Source: Octopus sinensis
Taxonomy: Eukaryota
Reading direction: 5' to 3'
Assembly: GCF_006345805.1 (NCBI RefSeq)
Contig: NC_043003.1
Coordinates: 22,444,001 to 22,508,000 of the forward strand
DNA: 64,000 nucleotides
Under the pieces are notes generated by a model, which did no database searches, was not told the origin of the DNA, and saw only the letters and a list, made by a program, of their open reading frames with translations. Below are positions 22,170 to 34,560 of the stretch, in pieces. The stretch's first letter is position 1, and every line of letters starts with the position of its first letter. Position numbers and translations under genes: made by a program.

Positions 22170-22450
22170 TATTAGCCATTTATCATATCTAGGGGTAAGC
22201 AAATAGGAAATAACAAGTGTTATCCAAGGACAAACAACGTGTTAATATTTTCAGAAAAATCAGTTATCAGGAAAGGCTTTGAAATGAAAGTTTCCGGAAA
22301 ATCGACGATGTGCCTATTGTACCATTATCATTTCAGAGCGGGGATAAATAATTAATGATAAATAATTATTTCCACGACTTATCAAAGCTATTCTCATTAT
22401 ATTCTGTTGGGGGACAATCTTGAAAATAAAGATTTCCAGGAGCTCATTGG
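22170..22450 (+). mobile_element. Possible decayed CR1-like LINE fragment
   Basis: ISYQERL and ENRRCAYCTII resemble the CR1 'LSYEERL..L..LE.RR.R.DLI' block; very degenerate. Confidence 0.3.
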
Positions 22451-23347
22451 AAATACTGATCAAAGATAGTGAAGGAAATAATTAAAGTTTCATGTTTTTC
22501 TTAAGAATTCTACCGAATGTCGCTTTTGTCTTCGTAGTAAATAACATTATCAATTTGTCATTTCTCAAACATCGGGACAAGGTATGTCAAATCTCCATTA
22601 GTTTTCTTATTGAACAACATTCAAGTCTATATTCTCTGTAGGTAGTTGACAGGAATTTGTTAAATATTTAAACATTTTTTCTATTCACGTCGTTCCTCTT
22701 AATGTTTGTGTCTAAGACACGATTTAGGGTGTTCATCTTATATTCCCCAGAACAGAGTTGCTCCACATTATTCCTCAATGTTAGTTGAATATTAGGATAT
22801 AGGAAGAAACAATAGCAGTCTATGTTGTGTCACTCTTTATACGAACTTAGCGGTTCGACAAATAGAGAACTACAAAAGCGTTTTTTCTTGTTATTTTAAT
22901 GTCCCAGTTTTATCGTCGTAATTAGGGCAGAGCCCGTTCGCTTTTAGATGTGACCGGACTATTGCTCCAAACGAAGAATGACTCCCTTTGACATTTGGAT
23001 GAGAGTGAAGTGGGGGTGGCTCATGCTATTTTATCCGGGTCCCTAAAACCCCATTTTTGACACTAAGAAACTGAGGATAGGAGGTGGAGATCGGACTAAA
23101 AAATAGAACAGATGCAACATGATACCTTATCTGACTCATCAACCGACTGCTTTGGGCTGATATCTATCCTTAAAGGACGAAAAACAAAGTCTACCTCGGC
23201 AAGATTTTCAAGACAGTAGGAAGCGATTTCAAGGAGCTTTTGTTGCTATTTCTAGCAGGATTGAGTGACCAAAAATGGAATTTAAAATGCCTAAATCATA
23301 TATAAACTTCTAAAATTTAAGTAAAGATGCAAATACCATTTACTTAC

Positions 23348-23848
23348 CAGCACACAAACCGGTTTTCCTGGAGATCATATATCCCCTCATACATTCACAA
23401 TTTCCTGACTTTGTACACCGTTCAAAGTTTAGCACTTTGCATCCCTCGTGGGTCTTTTCATTGCAAGTTTGTTGCGAATTAACATCGCGTTGAATAATTA
23501 TTGCCGATGTAGTTGTTGCCGTATTTATAGTCCTCGCTATCCGTACAAGATCGCTGGAGGTCAAAGGTGATGAGATTATTCCGTTGTAGGAGAGGTTATT
23601 GAAAACCACTTGGTTGCTAAGGTTACTGTTTGTTGAAGAACCGATGAGATTAATTCCCGCTGTTTGATTAAAATAAGTTCGTCGATGAGTTTTATGCTCC
23701 AGCGCAGAAATGGTCTCATTAACCTTGTTTAGAACAATTATATTGGAACTTTTGACGGCTCTGCCTTTGTCTGTTTGAGTATTATTGACGAAAACGGGAA
23801 TAGAATTGTCCGAGGTGAAGTTTAAACTAGTAGACACGATGTCCGCTT
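23348..23848 (-). CDS. Internal exon (501 nt, phase 1 to 1): divergent SEA-like region followed by an EGF-like module; mucin-like or cell-surface protein
   Basis: Acceptor TTTTATTCTTGTTTTATAATTACAG|, donor GCTG|GTAAGT, 167 open codons of complex sequence. C-terminal CNEKTHEGCKVLNFERCTKSGNCECMRGYMISRKTGLC has six Cys with EGF spacing; several N-x-S/T sequons. Confidence 0.85.
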
Positions 23849-24029
23849 CTGTAATTATAAAACAAGAATAAAACAAAGATCGATAATAAATTCCAAGTTT
23901 AATATGATAAACTTGATAATTGTTCTATAAAACGAATATGTAATATATTTAAATAATTGAGTCTATAAATAATGCAGGAAATTTGATATACATAGTAATA
24001 AAATAGACTTTATTACAACATTTCGTGAA

Positions 24030-24264
24030 TGGTGGGTGTGTAGTAAGTAGCTTGCTTACGAACTACATAGTTCCGGGTTCAGTCCCACTACGTGGTACCT
24101 TGGGCAAGTGTTTTCTACTATAGCCTAGGGCTAAGCAAAGCCTTGTGAGTTGATTTTGTAGACGGAAACTGAAAGAAGCCTGTCATACATATATATATAT
24201 ATAGCCTCGGGCCGACCAAAGCCCTGTGAGTGGATTTGGTAGACGAAAACTGAAAGAAGCCCGT

Positions 24265-24290
<26 letters not shown>
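24030..24290 (+). mobile_element. CORE-like SINE family B 5' half with an internal ~80-bp duplication
   Basis: TAGCCT.GGGC..A.CAAAGCC.TGTGAGT.GATTT.GTAGACG.AAACTGAAAGAAGCC occurs twice, separated by (TA)n. Confidence 0.85.
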
Positions 24291-24340
<50 letters not shown>

Positions 24341-24531
24341 TGTACACAAGTGGATTTTAAATTTTAAACCCCACTTGTGATATTTTATACATACGCCACA
24401 CCTGGAACCAACCCTGGGTCGAATCTACGGTTTACATTACATATTGGTGTGTGTATATATATATAAATATATATATACATACATACACACACACATATTT
24501 ATATACACGCGTATATGTATGCATGTATACG

Positions 24532-24562
<31 letters not shown>

Positions 24563-24688
24563 GCATACACATACACATCCGTGCACGCGCACCCACACGC
24601 ACACCTGTAAAACCTCGAAAGTTAATCATTCTTCAATAAATACCAGATATCTCCCTGTCTCTGTCTCTCTGTCTCTTTGTATACACAC

Positions 24689-24738
<50 letters not shown>

Positions 24739-24750
24739 GCATATAGCGTC
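24270..24750. repeat. (TA)n/(TG)n/(CA)n blocks
   Basis: Directly visible. Confidence 0.9.
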
Positions 24751-25394
24751 ATATGTATATGCGTGTTCGTATGGCTGTGTATTACATGAAAGACACTCCA
24801 CCTGAAATAGTTGATAATTTAAATATTAATGTTAGACCATAGAAGTTCTCCGAGCGAATGTATTGCTTCTGAAATTGTACAAAAGCAGCGCTAGCTAACA
24901 AAAACCATCATGACTAGATGTATAATCACAGTCTTTCATTTAGTTTCTTTCACTATTTTCCTTTTTTTTTTTAAACAGTTTCCTACACAAAAAAAAGGAG
25001 CTGAACTCTTGAGAAAGTTTTCAGATGAATTTTATATATATATACCTGGAAGCGGCATAAAATTGCATAAAGCAGTTTTTTTTTTTCATATCGCACAAAA
25101 TATATGGATCGATGGGTTTGCAGAATTAGTGAAGCGGAGGAAAATAAATGCCATGCGGTATTTAGTTGAGTCTTTATGCATTCTGTGACCAAATCTATGG
25201 TTGAATTTATAGCTGATCCTTCGGGGTTGACAAAATAATTACCAGTTAAGTACTGGATTCAACATAAACGACACCATTCGTTATCCAAAATTCGTAAATT
25301 TTGCTCATGTTAGAAATTAATTGGCACAAAATGATGGTTATTTAGTTATCGCCAAGAATCTGTGAAAATGCGCAACAATTATATTAGTATTTAT

Positions 25395-25905
25395 TTGCAT
25401 CATAGTTCAATTGTATTTTTACGCTCTGTATTACTATAGTTTACAGCATCCACGAAAAGTAGACAGCAATTACATTAGCTTTTGTTTCTGCACATTTTAA
25501 ATTCATTTTTACCTCACAGATTAGTACAATTTACTGACGAGTCAGAAAAAGTCCAACAATTGCATTAGAGCTTTTCTGTACATTTAATTTTATTTTCATA
25601 CCACGCATTAGTATAACTCACAGAATATTCAATGAAAAATGTGCAACAAATATATTTATTTTTTTTTTTCTACACATTTTAATCACATTTTTACGTCACG
25701 GATTCGTACAACTGACAGTAAAATCTCTGAAAACTCCAACTACCGTATTAGGCTTTTCTGCACATTTAATTTCATTTTTACGCTACGCATTCGTACAGCT
25801 TACAGAAGGACCCTTAACAAAGTCCAACAATCGCATTAGTAGTCCTTTTGTGTGCATATTTAATTCCATTTTTACGTCGTGCATTAACTACAACTTACAA
25901 ACAGT
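25395..25905. repeat. Old degenerate minisatellite, ~88-92-bp unit, about 6 copies
   Basis: Recurrent TTTTCTGCACATTTAA.TTCATTTTTACG..ACGCATT.GTACA.CTTACAG...AGTCCAACAA.TGCATTAG. Confidence 0.7.
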
Positions 25906-26199
25906 TTTAGTCACGGTTGAATACTATAGTTCAGTGTGTATGAAAGCTTTCTTTTCATTCTGTCTGAACAATAATCACAGATTTTAGTGCAAGGCAACAA
26001 TTTTGTGTAGGATAAGTTTAGTTGAATATATCAATCCGAAATTACTGTTACTTATTTTAGTGATTTCAGATTGTGGTAGATTCTCCATCGGTCTCGACGA
26101 TGAGCATTCATTTGTTCGACCAATTCAATTCCTATTAGTCAAATTAACGCATGAGCAGTTGAGCATTCCACAGACATTTGTACTCTTAAAGTAATTCTA

Positions 26200-26700
26200 A
26201 CGATTCTGCCAGCTCACTACCTTAGACCCATATGAATGCTACAAACCATTTAAGGCGGTGAGCTGGCGGAATCGTTCGCATGCCGGACAAAATGCTTAGC
26301 AGTATTTCGTCCGTCCTTACGTTCTGAGTTCAAATTCCGCCGCGGTCTACTTTGCCTTTCATCCTTTCGGCGTCGATAAAATAAGTACCAGTCGAGCACT
26401 GAAGTCGATGTAATAGACTTACCTTTCCCCCGAAATTTCTGGCCTTGTGCCAAAATTTGTAATAAATATTACAAACCATTTGATCCAACAATCGATCATC
26501 CTACGATCCACTGTCCTCCAACACCTAAATGATATTCGTTTCTAATTTAGTCACAAGGCCAAGAATTTTGGTGGGAGGATATTTCCATCGACCCCAGTAT
26601 TTGACTGTTACTCTCTTTTTTTTATTGGTCGTGAAAGAATGAAAGGCAAAGTGAGCTGTTAACTCAATACCATAAATTATTTTATCCGGCGCTCTACAAG
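26200..26700. mobile_element. SINE family A copies (26253-26460 plus; degenerate minus copy 26530-26700)
   Basis: GGCGGTGAGCTGGCGGAATCGTT...GAGTTCAAATTCCGCC...TCATCCTTTCGGCGTCGATAAAATAAGTACCAG. Confidence 0.85.
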
Positions 26701-27779
26701 TTTTGTTAGAGACTCAAGATAACATTTTCTGTAGGAAGTGGTATATGCTATTAAATTAACCATTCAATTTTATTGATGCTCTTATTTTTGTTATCGTCCT
26801 CATAATGATGATACTCTTACTCTGCATTTTGTTCGCATCTTCTAAGGAGATGTAGGAGCGCCATTATAGTATAAAAGGAGTCCATCTGTATGGGTCAAGG
26901 CTTACCATTATATCTGTACATGTATGCGTGGTCTGAGGAAGACCAACAGTTGTCCATGTATAACTGACATCGATGTGCCGAGAAAGGCTATTGACTTGCT
27001 ACCGACACAATCTAGCTCCAGTGTTGTCACAATCATTGCTCTCAGAACAGGAAAAGGCGAAACAAATACTGTAAGTCATCTTTTTTGACTTCCAAAGAAG
27101 TTCGCCAATCCACCGTCTTAGATTCGTACTTTTTAGGCATCATCGAAAGGATGGAAGGTAAAGATGATGTTGTCCGCATTTGAACTCGGAATGCAGTGAA
27201 CTGGAGAATACGGCGAGGCTTTCTATTCAACCTTCTAATATATTCTGAAAATAACTGTTACCAATTCACCACCTTGCCGTCAGAAAATGTTCATCTCAGA
27301 AGACATTTCCATACTGAGTATAATTATGATACAGACAATTTTAGCCGCTCCTGCAGCGGATATCAAAATGTTAAGAGTCGGAACAAAAGATTGTTTCTAA
27401 TTTAGAAGATTTTTGGCGGGGAGGGGGTTAATCCATTAGATTAATCCCAGTGCTGGAGAAGTACTTTTTTATCGACACTGAAGGGATGAAAGGCAAAGTT
27501 GATCTCGGCAGGATTTGAACCCAGAACGTAAATAGTCGGAACGATCAAGTGTTTCTAATTTAGGTACAAGGCCATCAATATTGGCAGATGTAGTTAATCG
27601 ATTACGTCGTTCCCAGTATTTGACTGCTACAAAGTCAACAAGTTTTTTTGGAACTGTGTAGTTAGTAATCCAATACAGCAGCCAACTAAAATCAACAATG
27701 TAATAATACTTCCCCCAGATCTTAGCTGGTGTTGTTACAAAATACATAGACATCCGATACAGCATTCAAGAAAATACCA

Positions 27780-28113
27780 ACACATTGATTAGCATGAGGT
27801 CACCAATCCACACTTTATGACATTCAGCCTACAGACCTGCTCTGTCTCAACATTCTAACTCGTCTACTGCTACAGTAGAAGGGACTTCTCGAATCAAGCT
27901 AAATTGGATCGCATCCATTCAGCTTGTCAGGAACAATTATCTCCCTTACTCCCCTCCCGTCAACCATATTGTTTTCACTCACCAGGCTATGCACTAACCA
28001 CCATCAATACTAATATTTTTCTCAAAGGACGTTCTCACTCTGCAATTCCTTCTCTGCCCGTAAAACTGCAGTTGTTCAAGAATATCAACCATATCGATGT
28101 CACTGGTCTTTGA
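27780..28113 (+). mobile_element. Decayed 3' end of a CR1/Jockey-group LINE ORF2
   Basis: ..RQPYCF....IFLKGRSHSAIPSLPVKLQLFKNINHIDVTGL* resembles LINE termini 'HPY.V...SF.PRT...WN.LP...NLQ.FK..IN.I.L'. Confidence 0.4.
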
Positions 28114-28365
28114 GAACCAGTGAAGGCCACCGTAAGAACCCTTGCTCCAGACCAAACCATAAAAAATATTCAATCCCCAAGTTTAGTTGTTTGCCTGTCC
28201 AAAGCATTTTCATAAATTTGTCAAAAAGGGCCATGCTTATTTTCAGACGTTTAATTAACCCTTGTTTAATACGTTATGAGTAATATAAAATTTTACTTTC
28301 CTAAGTCACAAGTTACTCTTGTGGTTGCAAAAAATAATGGCAATATGTAGCGTATAAGATTTACC

Positions 28366-28745
28366 ACGGCGAGTTGGCAGGATCGTTAGCACATGTGGCG
28401 AAATGCTTAATGGTATTTCGTCTGCCGTTACGTTCTGAGTTCAAATTCCGCCGAGGTCGACTTTGCCTTTCATCCTTTCGGGGTCGATAAATTAAGTACC
28501 AGTTACTGGGGTCGATGTAATCGACTTAATTCCTTTGTCTGTCCTTGTTTGTCCCCTCTATGTTTAGCCCCTTGTGGGCAATAAAGAAATAGGTATTTCG
28601 TCCGTCTTTACGTTCTGAGTTCAGATTCCGCCGAGGCCGACTTTGCTTTTCAATCATTTTGGGGTCGATGAAATAAGTATCAGTTAAATACTGTGGTCAA
28701 TGTAACCGACATCCCCCTCTCCTAAAATTGCTGGGTTAGGATATC
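28366..28745 (+). mobile_element. SINE family A dimer
   Basis: Junction AATAAAGAAATAG|GTATTTCG at ~28592. Confidence 0.9.
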
Positions 28746-29279
28746 AAAATTAGAAACTAACGTGCATCATATAAGATGCATAGATGCTAGGGAAATACGT
28801 CCTGTGTGCCACACGTGTCACACTGGACAGGAAAAGGAATAAAATCGAATGTCTACAGAGACACACACATACACCTACATACAAGTGCGTGTGTGTGAGT
28901 CATTATTAAAAACAAAACAAAACGAATACAAATAAGGAAGTGATCAACCGATGTAGTTTCAGTTGTGTTTCGTGTAAATTGTAGGAAGTAGAATGAACTA
29001 AATTCTTGAATTCCGTTAGATATGGACCCGTTTAAAAAGTATATGAACTTAAGAAATAATTTTAAGCACTTGTGTAACGTAGCTACGTCGACATCCCTGG
29101 TGTGTCTCATAAACTAGATGGTGGCATATGTACAGAAGACAGAAAGTAAAGCACAAAATTTAAACGAGAGGAAAAAAAAAAACTGAAAAATATTTTTAAT
29201 GTCCTTTTGTTATGAAAGATGTATTATATGTTTGTATTACGTGAGATAAATTTTTTCTGTTATGTTACGTATGTCAACG

Positions 29280-29452
<173 letters not shown>

Positions 29453-29479
29453 TTTATTATGTACATATGTAAGTATACA

Positions 29480-29900
29480 TTGATTTGTTTTAGTATAAAA
29501 GATGGGTCACAGCAAATATTCTGCTCAATACCACAGATTTGCTTGTCAGTTGTTTGACCTTAACCAGTTGAACATGTCCCTTAGTGGCTGATGATATGTG
29601 CATCTCTGATCACGAGCAGAAGTAATGGGGGAGCATCATAACCATATGTTCGAGAGAGATTCTTTGGGGTTTGGATAATTCACCTCTGGAAACATGAGTG
29701 TTTCGCTCAACATCCTTAAACAAGCCTTATTCAGGGACCTTTTGAGTGGGATGGGCTACTCGACCTGAACAAATTCTAACTGGGCCCCAGCTGCAAGGCC
29801 ATGCACTGTTTATCTTGATATGAGTTCACCATGTCGTGCACATATGGTTGTGATGCATATGCCTGGTGTACCCTTATGAGGCGGGTAGACATGATGGGTA
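29480..29900. mobile_element. Unclassified ~420-bp interspersed repeat
   Basis: Complex sequence with a second partial copy at 21975-22140; lies directly before the (TAA)n array. Confidence 0.65.
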
Positions 29901-29904
29901 TATT

Positions 29905-29945
29905 GGGTAATAATAATAATCATAAAAATAATAATAATAATAATA

Positions 29946-30002
<57 letters not shown>

Positions 30003-30023
30003 TGATAATAATAATAATAATAA
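29905..30023. repeat. (TAA)n array
   Basis: Directly visible; target tract of the R4/Dong fragments. Confidence 0.95.
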
Positions 30024-30024
30024 G

Positions 30025-30464
30025 TGTTTATTAATTGACATGAGTATTCCCTGTGATCACAATATAGCGGCGAAAGAATTTGACAATATTAGTAAATATA
30101 AAGACCTGCTAATAGAAATTGAAAAAATGTGGCATCTCAAGACGACTACAGTACCAGTGATTGTAGGATCTCTAGGAATGATAAAAAAAAAAGGTACTGA
30201 AACCTATTTGAAAATGATTCCAGGCTTACCATCTCTACAGGAAGTGCAAAAAATCGTATTAACTGGAACGGCTCATGTACTGAGAAGAGCACTATCGCTG
30301 TGAAAATAACATCCACCCATGAATTTATTTATTTATTAATTTTTAAATATTCTATCTGTGAATTTGAGTGTGTAATCTGGGAATGCATACAATGCCCTTC
30401 TCTGCCCTAGGTGTATGGAAAACACTCGGCGAGAAACGGAAGAAAATTTGAAGAAAGAAGGAAA
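30025..30464 (+). mobile_element. 5'-truncated R4/Dong-clade retrotransposon, subfamily 1
   Basis: CLLIDMSIPCD.NI..KEFD.ISKYKDLLIEIEKMW.LKTTTVPVIVG.LGMI...LRRALSL* (REL C-terminus), ~160-nt 3' UTR, (TAA)n on both sides. Confidence 0.88.
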
Positions 30465-30514
<50 letters not shown>

Positions 30515-30516
<2 letters not shown>

Positions 30517-30893
30517 GAAATTAGCAAAATGTGGAACTTGAAGACTAAAGCAATACCTGTTGTCATAGGTGCCCTGGGAATGATAGCAAAAGGGGCTGAT
30601 TGCTACCTAGCTCAGATACCAGGAAACCCCAAAATGGCAGAAATTCAAAAGATAGGGCTCATGGGAACTGCTCATATCCTACGCAAAATACTTTCTATGT
30701 AATCTCAAGTTTTAAAACAAACAATTTTCTTATGGTTTCTTAAACATTCTCTAGAACAGCACTATGTACAAAACCAGATATATGGCACCCTAGGCATAAC
30801 ACCAACATGACTTTCAACTTGTTGTCTCATGAGGTCTCTGGGTGAGACTTGAAGCCAACTTGTACAAATGTAAAGCAAAAGTCAAAAAAAAAA
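30515..30893 (+). mobile_element. 5'-truncated R4/Dong-clade retrotransposon, subfamily 2 (short copy)
   Basis: EISKMWNLKTKAIPVVIGALGMI...LRKILSM*; highly similar to 31850-32228 including the 3' UTR. Confidence 0.9.
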
Positions 30894-30903
30894 AATAATA
30901 ATA

Positions 30904-32228
30904 ATTGACAGAAAAATACGAAAACTGTTGACAATGCATACAATGCACCACCCTAAGGCAGATATAGAACGACTTTATCTGCCAAAAAAAGAGGGAGGCC
31001 GTGGACTTTTACAACTGGCAATAACAATGAAGATTGCTACAATTGGCCTAGACACCTACCTGAAAAACTCTGAGGACTGGATGTTAAAACTTGTCTCAAA
31101 ACATGAAAACCAGAAAGCATCATACTCAGTAACAAAACAAGCAAAGGAATATCTAAGTGAATTCCGAATACAACAAATTTCGGAATTAGACATACAAGAA
31201 ACAAGCACAGAAAAAGCTAAACGCATGAAAACCCGTGCAAAAAATGCTGCCTTAGATATTCTGAATGATAAATGGCAAGAAAAACCTCTCTATGGCAAAT
31301 ACCCAAAGAAAGCGAATAATGCAGATGTTGACAAAGCCCTGACCCATCAATGGCTAATGGCCTCTGGCTTAAAATCTGAAACAGAAGGGTTTCTCATAGC
31401 AGCTCAAGATCAATGCCTACCAACAAGAAACTACCAGGCCAACATATTAAAGAACGGCAGTAGCCCAACATGTCGTGTATGCCAACAACAAAATGAAACC
31501 ATTGATCATGTTGTCTCCAAGTGCAGTCTTCTAGCACCTACAGAGTATCTCAACAGGCATGATAGAGCTTCACAATATATTCACTGGGTAATCTGCAAAA
31601 ACCTGGATTTGCCCCATGAAAAAAACTGGTGGGAACACAAACCACCTCCAGTGCTTGAAAATGACCACATCTCACTCCTCTGGAAATTCCCCATTCAAAC
31701 TGACAGAAAGATAGATGCAAATAGGCCAGACATCATATTGAAAGACTTCAAACAAAGAACATGCCTCCTCATTGATATGACTGTCCCAATCGATATAAGC
31801 GTATCTGTCAAGACCTACCAAAAACTGAGCAAATATAAAGATCTTGAAATAGAAATCAGCAAAATGTGGAAGCTGAAGACTAAAACAATACCTGTTGTCA
31901 TAGGTGCCCTGGGAATGATAGCAAAAGGGACTGATCGCTACCTAACTCAGATACCAGGAAACCCCAAAATGGCAGAAATCCAAAAGATAGTGCTCATGGG
32001 AACTGCTCATATCCTACGCAAAATACTTTCTATGTAATCTCAAGTTTTAAAACAAACATACTTTTCGTTTTTTTTTTTTTGACATTCACTAGTACAACAC
32101 TAAATGGAAAACCAAATATATGGCACACTAGGCATAACACCAACACGAACTTCCAACCTGTTGTCTCTTGAGGTCTCTGGGTGAGACTTGGAGCCAACTT
32201 GTACAAATATAAAGCAAAAGTCAAACAT
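30904..32228 (+). mobile_element. 5'-truncated R4/Dong-clade retrotransposon, subfamily 2 (long copy)
   Basis: Open frame 30904-32037, ~190-nt 3' UTR, followed by (TAA)n at 32229-32324. Confidence 0.95.
30928..32037 (+). CDS. C-terminal 369 aa of an RLE non-LTR retrotransposon protein: RT thumb, CCHC knuckle, restriction-like endonuclease
   Basis: HHPKADIERLYLPKKEGGRGL; ETEGFLIAAQDQCLPTRNY; CRVCQQQNETIDHVVSKC (31471-31524); RPDII..D...LLIDMTVP.D..K...KLSKY (PD-(D/E)xK-type). The Met start is an artefact of truncation. Confidence 0.92.
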   Translation: MTMHTMHHPKADIERLYLPKKEGGRGLLQLAITMKIATIGLDTYLKNSEDWMLKLVSKHENQKASYSVTKQAKEYLSEFRIQQISELDIQETSTEKAKRMKTRAKNAALDILNDKWQEKPLYGKYPKKANNADVDKALTHQWLMASGLKSETEGFLIAAQDQCLPTRNYQANILKNGSSPTCRVCQQQNETIDHVVSKCSLLAPTEYLNRHDRASQYIHWVICKNLDLPHEKNWWEHKPPPVLENDHISLLWKFPIQTDRKIDANRPDIILKDFKQRTCLLIDMTVPIDISVSVKTYQKLSKYKDLEIEISKMWKLKTKTIPVVIGALGMIAKGTDRYLTQIPGNPKMAEIQKIVLMGTAHILRKILSM

Positions 32229-32267
32229 AGAATAATAATGATAATAATAATGATAATAATAATAATG

Positions 32268-32326
<59 letters not shown>

Positions 32327-32580
32327 CGCTATTTAATTAAGAGCTAGTTCAGTATTAATCTTTTGATGTGCATATTACACACAGTTTTATAATATCATAT
32401 ATAAACTTGTCTATTATATATATTTACTTTTCTTAAATTACCAACATATCATATTAGAGGGTTGTTGGCCATAACTTTTCTATATCTTGTCCTCAGCAAG
32501 CAGGCGAAGAAAACGAACGAAATGAATAAATGAAGAGAGCAAACAATTTTGTTGTAGTCTATTTGGAGGTTTTTTTTTGT

Positions 32581-32797
32581 CCTTTTCAAGCCTAGCCAGG
32601 CTCATGGGCCCGGTTTCTCGGTTTCTATGACGCCAGTCCATCGCAGCGTTACTCACTTTTGCCAGCTAAGTGGACTGGAGCAACGTGAAATGAAGTGTTT
32701 TGCTCAAGAACACAACGCGTCGCCCGGTCCAGGAATCGAAACCACAATCTTTCGATCATGGTGCTGACACCCTAACCACTTAGCCACGCGCCTCCAC
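32581..32797 (-). mobile_element. tRNA-derived SINE family D head/body joined to a family C tail
   Basis: Minus strand: GTGGAGGCGCGTGGCTAAGTGGTTAGGGTGTC...CTTGAGCAAAACACTTCATTTCACGTTGCTCCAGTCCACTTAGCTGGCAAAA, then GAGTAACGCTGCGATGGACTGGCGTC...GGCTTGAAAAG. Confidence 0.85.
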
Positions 32798-33234
32798 CTA
32801 TTCGGAGTTTGGTAAACCTAAAATGTTGTTAAGTCGTGGACAGAATACAAAGAGAAATCAATGAAAAAGCCTCTAAACAGTAGCTCGATCTGCTACAATT
32901 AGCGGTTGAATATTCCACAAATCACACACTATCACTAGGACCGTCTTAACAACATTATAGCCCAACCCCGAGCGAAGTAACGCAGTGGGGCCTATAGTAT
33001 TTTGATGTGTGAGAGAAAGTAGAGGAATGTATAAACCATAGTATAGGTGGATTTGTATAGTGGCCCCTAGATTCGTGACTATGCCATTAGAAGACATTGC
33101 CTACCATCTGGAAAATGACACGAGGCGAGAGAGACCAGACTGGATGATGTGGTCCTAGGTGCATTTGGTCAAGGAAATAGGACTGAATGGTCACGGTCAC
33201 TGTTAGAATGCTTTCGACTAGGACTGACCAAAAA

Positions 33235-33345
33235 GAAAAAAAGAAGAAGAAGAAGAAGAAGAAGAAGAAGAAGAAGAAGAAGAGAAGAAGAAGAAGAAGA
33301 AGAAGAAGAACAACAACAACAACAACAACAACAATAATAATAATA
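33235..33345. repeat. (AAG)n(AAC)n(AAT)n compound microsatellite
   Basis: Directly visible. Confidence 0.95.
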
Positions 33346-33349
33346 ATCC

Positions 33350-33586
33350 TTTCTATTATAGGCACAAGGCCTGAAGTTTTTTGGGGAGGGAACTAGTCGA
33401 TTACATTGACCCTAAAATTTCACTGGTTCTTAATTTATCGACCCCGAAAGGATGAAAGGCAAAGTCGAGAACTCTGTGGAATTTGAACTCAGAACGTCGA
33501 GATAGGCGAAATAATGCTCAGCATTTCGCCCGGCGTGCTAACGATTCTGTCAGCTCACCACCTTAATAATAATGATAATAATAATA

Positions 33587-33647
<61 letters not shown>

Positions 33648-34560
33648 TTTGGCACTTGCAGGGAAGTGGAGGGGGAGATAGACGATTACATGGACCGCAG
33701 TGTTCAACTGGTACTTATTTTAACAAGCCCGAAAGGGTGAAAGGCTAAGTCAACCTCGGTGGAATTTGGACTCAGTGCGTAAAGGCAGGCGAAATGTTGC
33801 TAAGCATTTTACCCGGCTTGCAAACAATTCTGTCAGCTCGTTGCCTTATGAACTACAACACCGATAATAATAACAGTTTCACAACAACAAAAGGAACATC
33901 GGATAATCCTTTTTTCTATAGAGACATGGCCTCAAATTTGTGGAGAGGGGGCTAGTCGATTACATCAACCCCAGTTGACTGGTACTTATTTTATCGACCC
34001 CTGAAAGGGATGACAGGCAAGATGGATCTCGGCATAATTTTAACCCAGAATGTAAAGCCGGAAGAAATACCTATTTCCTTACTACCCACAAGGGGCTAAA
34101 CACAGAGAGGGCTAACAAGGACAGACAAATGGATTAAGTCGATTACATTGACCCCAGTGCGTAACTGGTACTTAATTTATCGACCCCAAAAGGATGAAAG
34201 GCAAAGTCGACCTCGGCGGAATTTGAACACAGAACGTAGCGGTAGACGAAATACCTATTTCTTTACTACCCAGAAGGGGCTAAACACAGAGAGGACAAAC
34301 AAGGACAGACAAACGAATTAAGTCGATTATATCGACCCTAGTGCGTAACCGGTACTTAATTTATCGACCCCGAAAGGATGAAAGGCAAAGTCGACCTCGG
34401 CGGAATTTGAACTCAGAACGTAGCGTCAGGCGAAATATCGCTTAGGATTTCGCCCGGCGTGCTAACGACTCTGCCAGCTCGCCGCCCTAGCCGGAAGAAA
34501 TACCATTACGCACTTTGTCCGGCGTGCTAAGGATTCTACCATTTCGCCGCCTTAACAACA
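33350..34560 (-). mobile_element. Cluster of SINE family A copies, including a fixed-junction multimer (33905-34560)
   Basis: Copies at 33350-33565 and 33640-33850. Multimer has reverse junctions GAAATAC|CTATTTC at ~34073 and ~34255. Confidence 0.9.

Noticed and set aside
25395-25905. Possibility that the ~90-bp or ~107-bp tandem units are C2H2 zinc-finger arrays
   Set aside because: The period is not 84 bp, and there are no CxxC/HxxxH/TGEKP patterns in the frames examined.
26870-27070. Plus-strand open frame ICTCMRGLRKTNSCPC... ending at a GTAAGT donor
   Set aside because: No convincing acceptor, no recognisable domain, and antisense to the better-supported gene.
33070-33310. Possible RTE-like LINE 3' end with an (AAG)n tail (similar at 36140-36330)
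   Set aside because: Similarity is too faint to support by eye.
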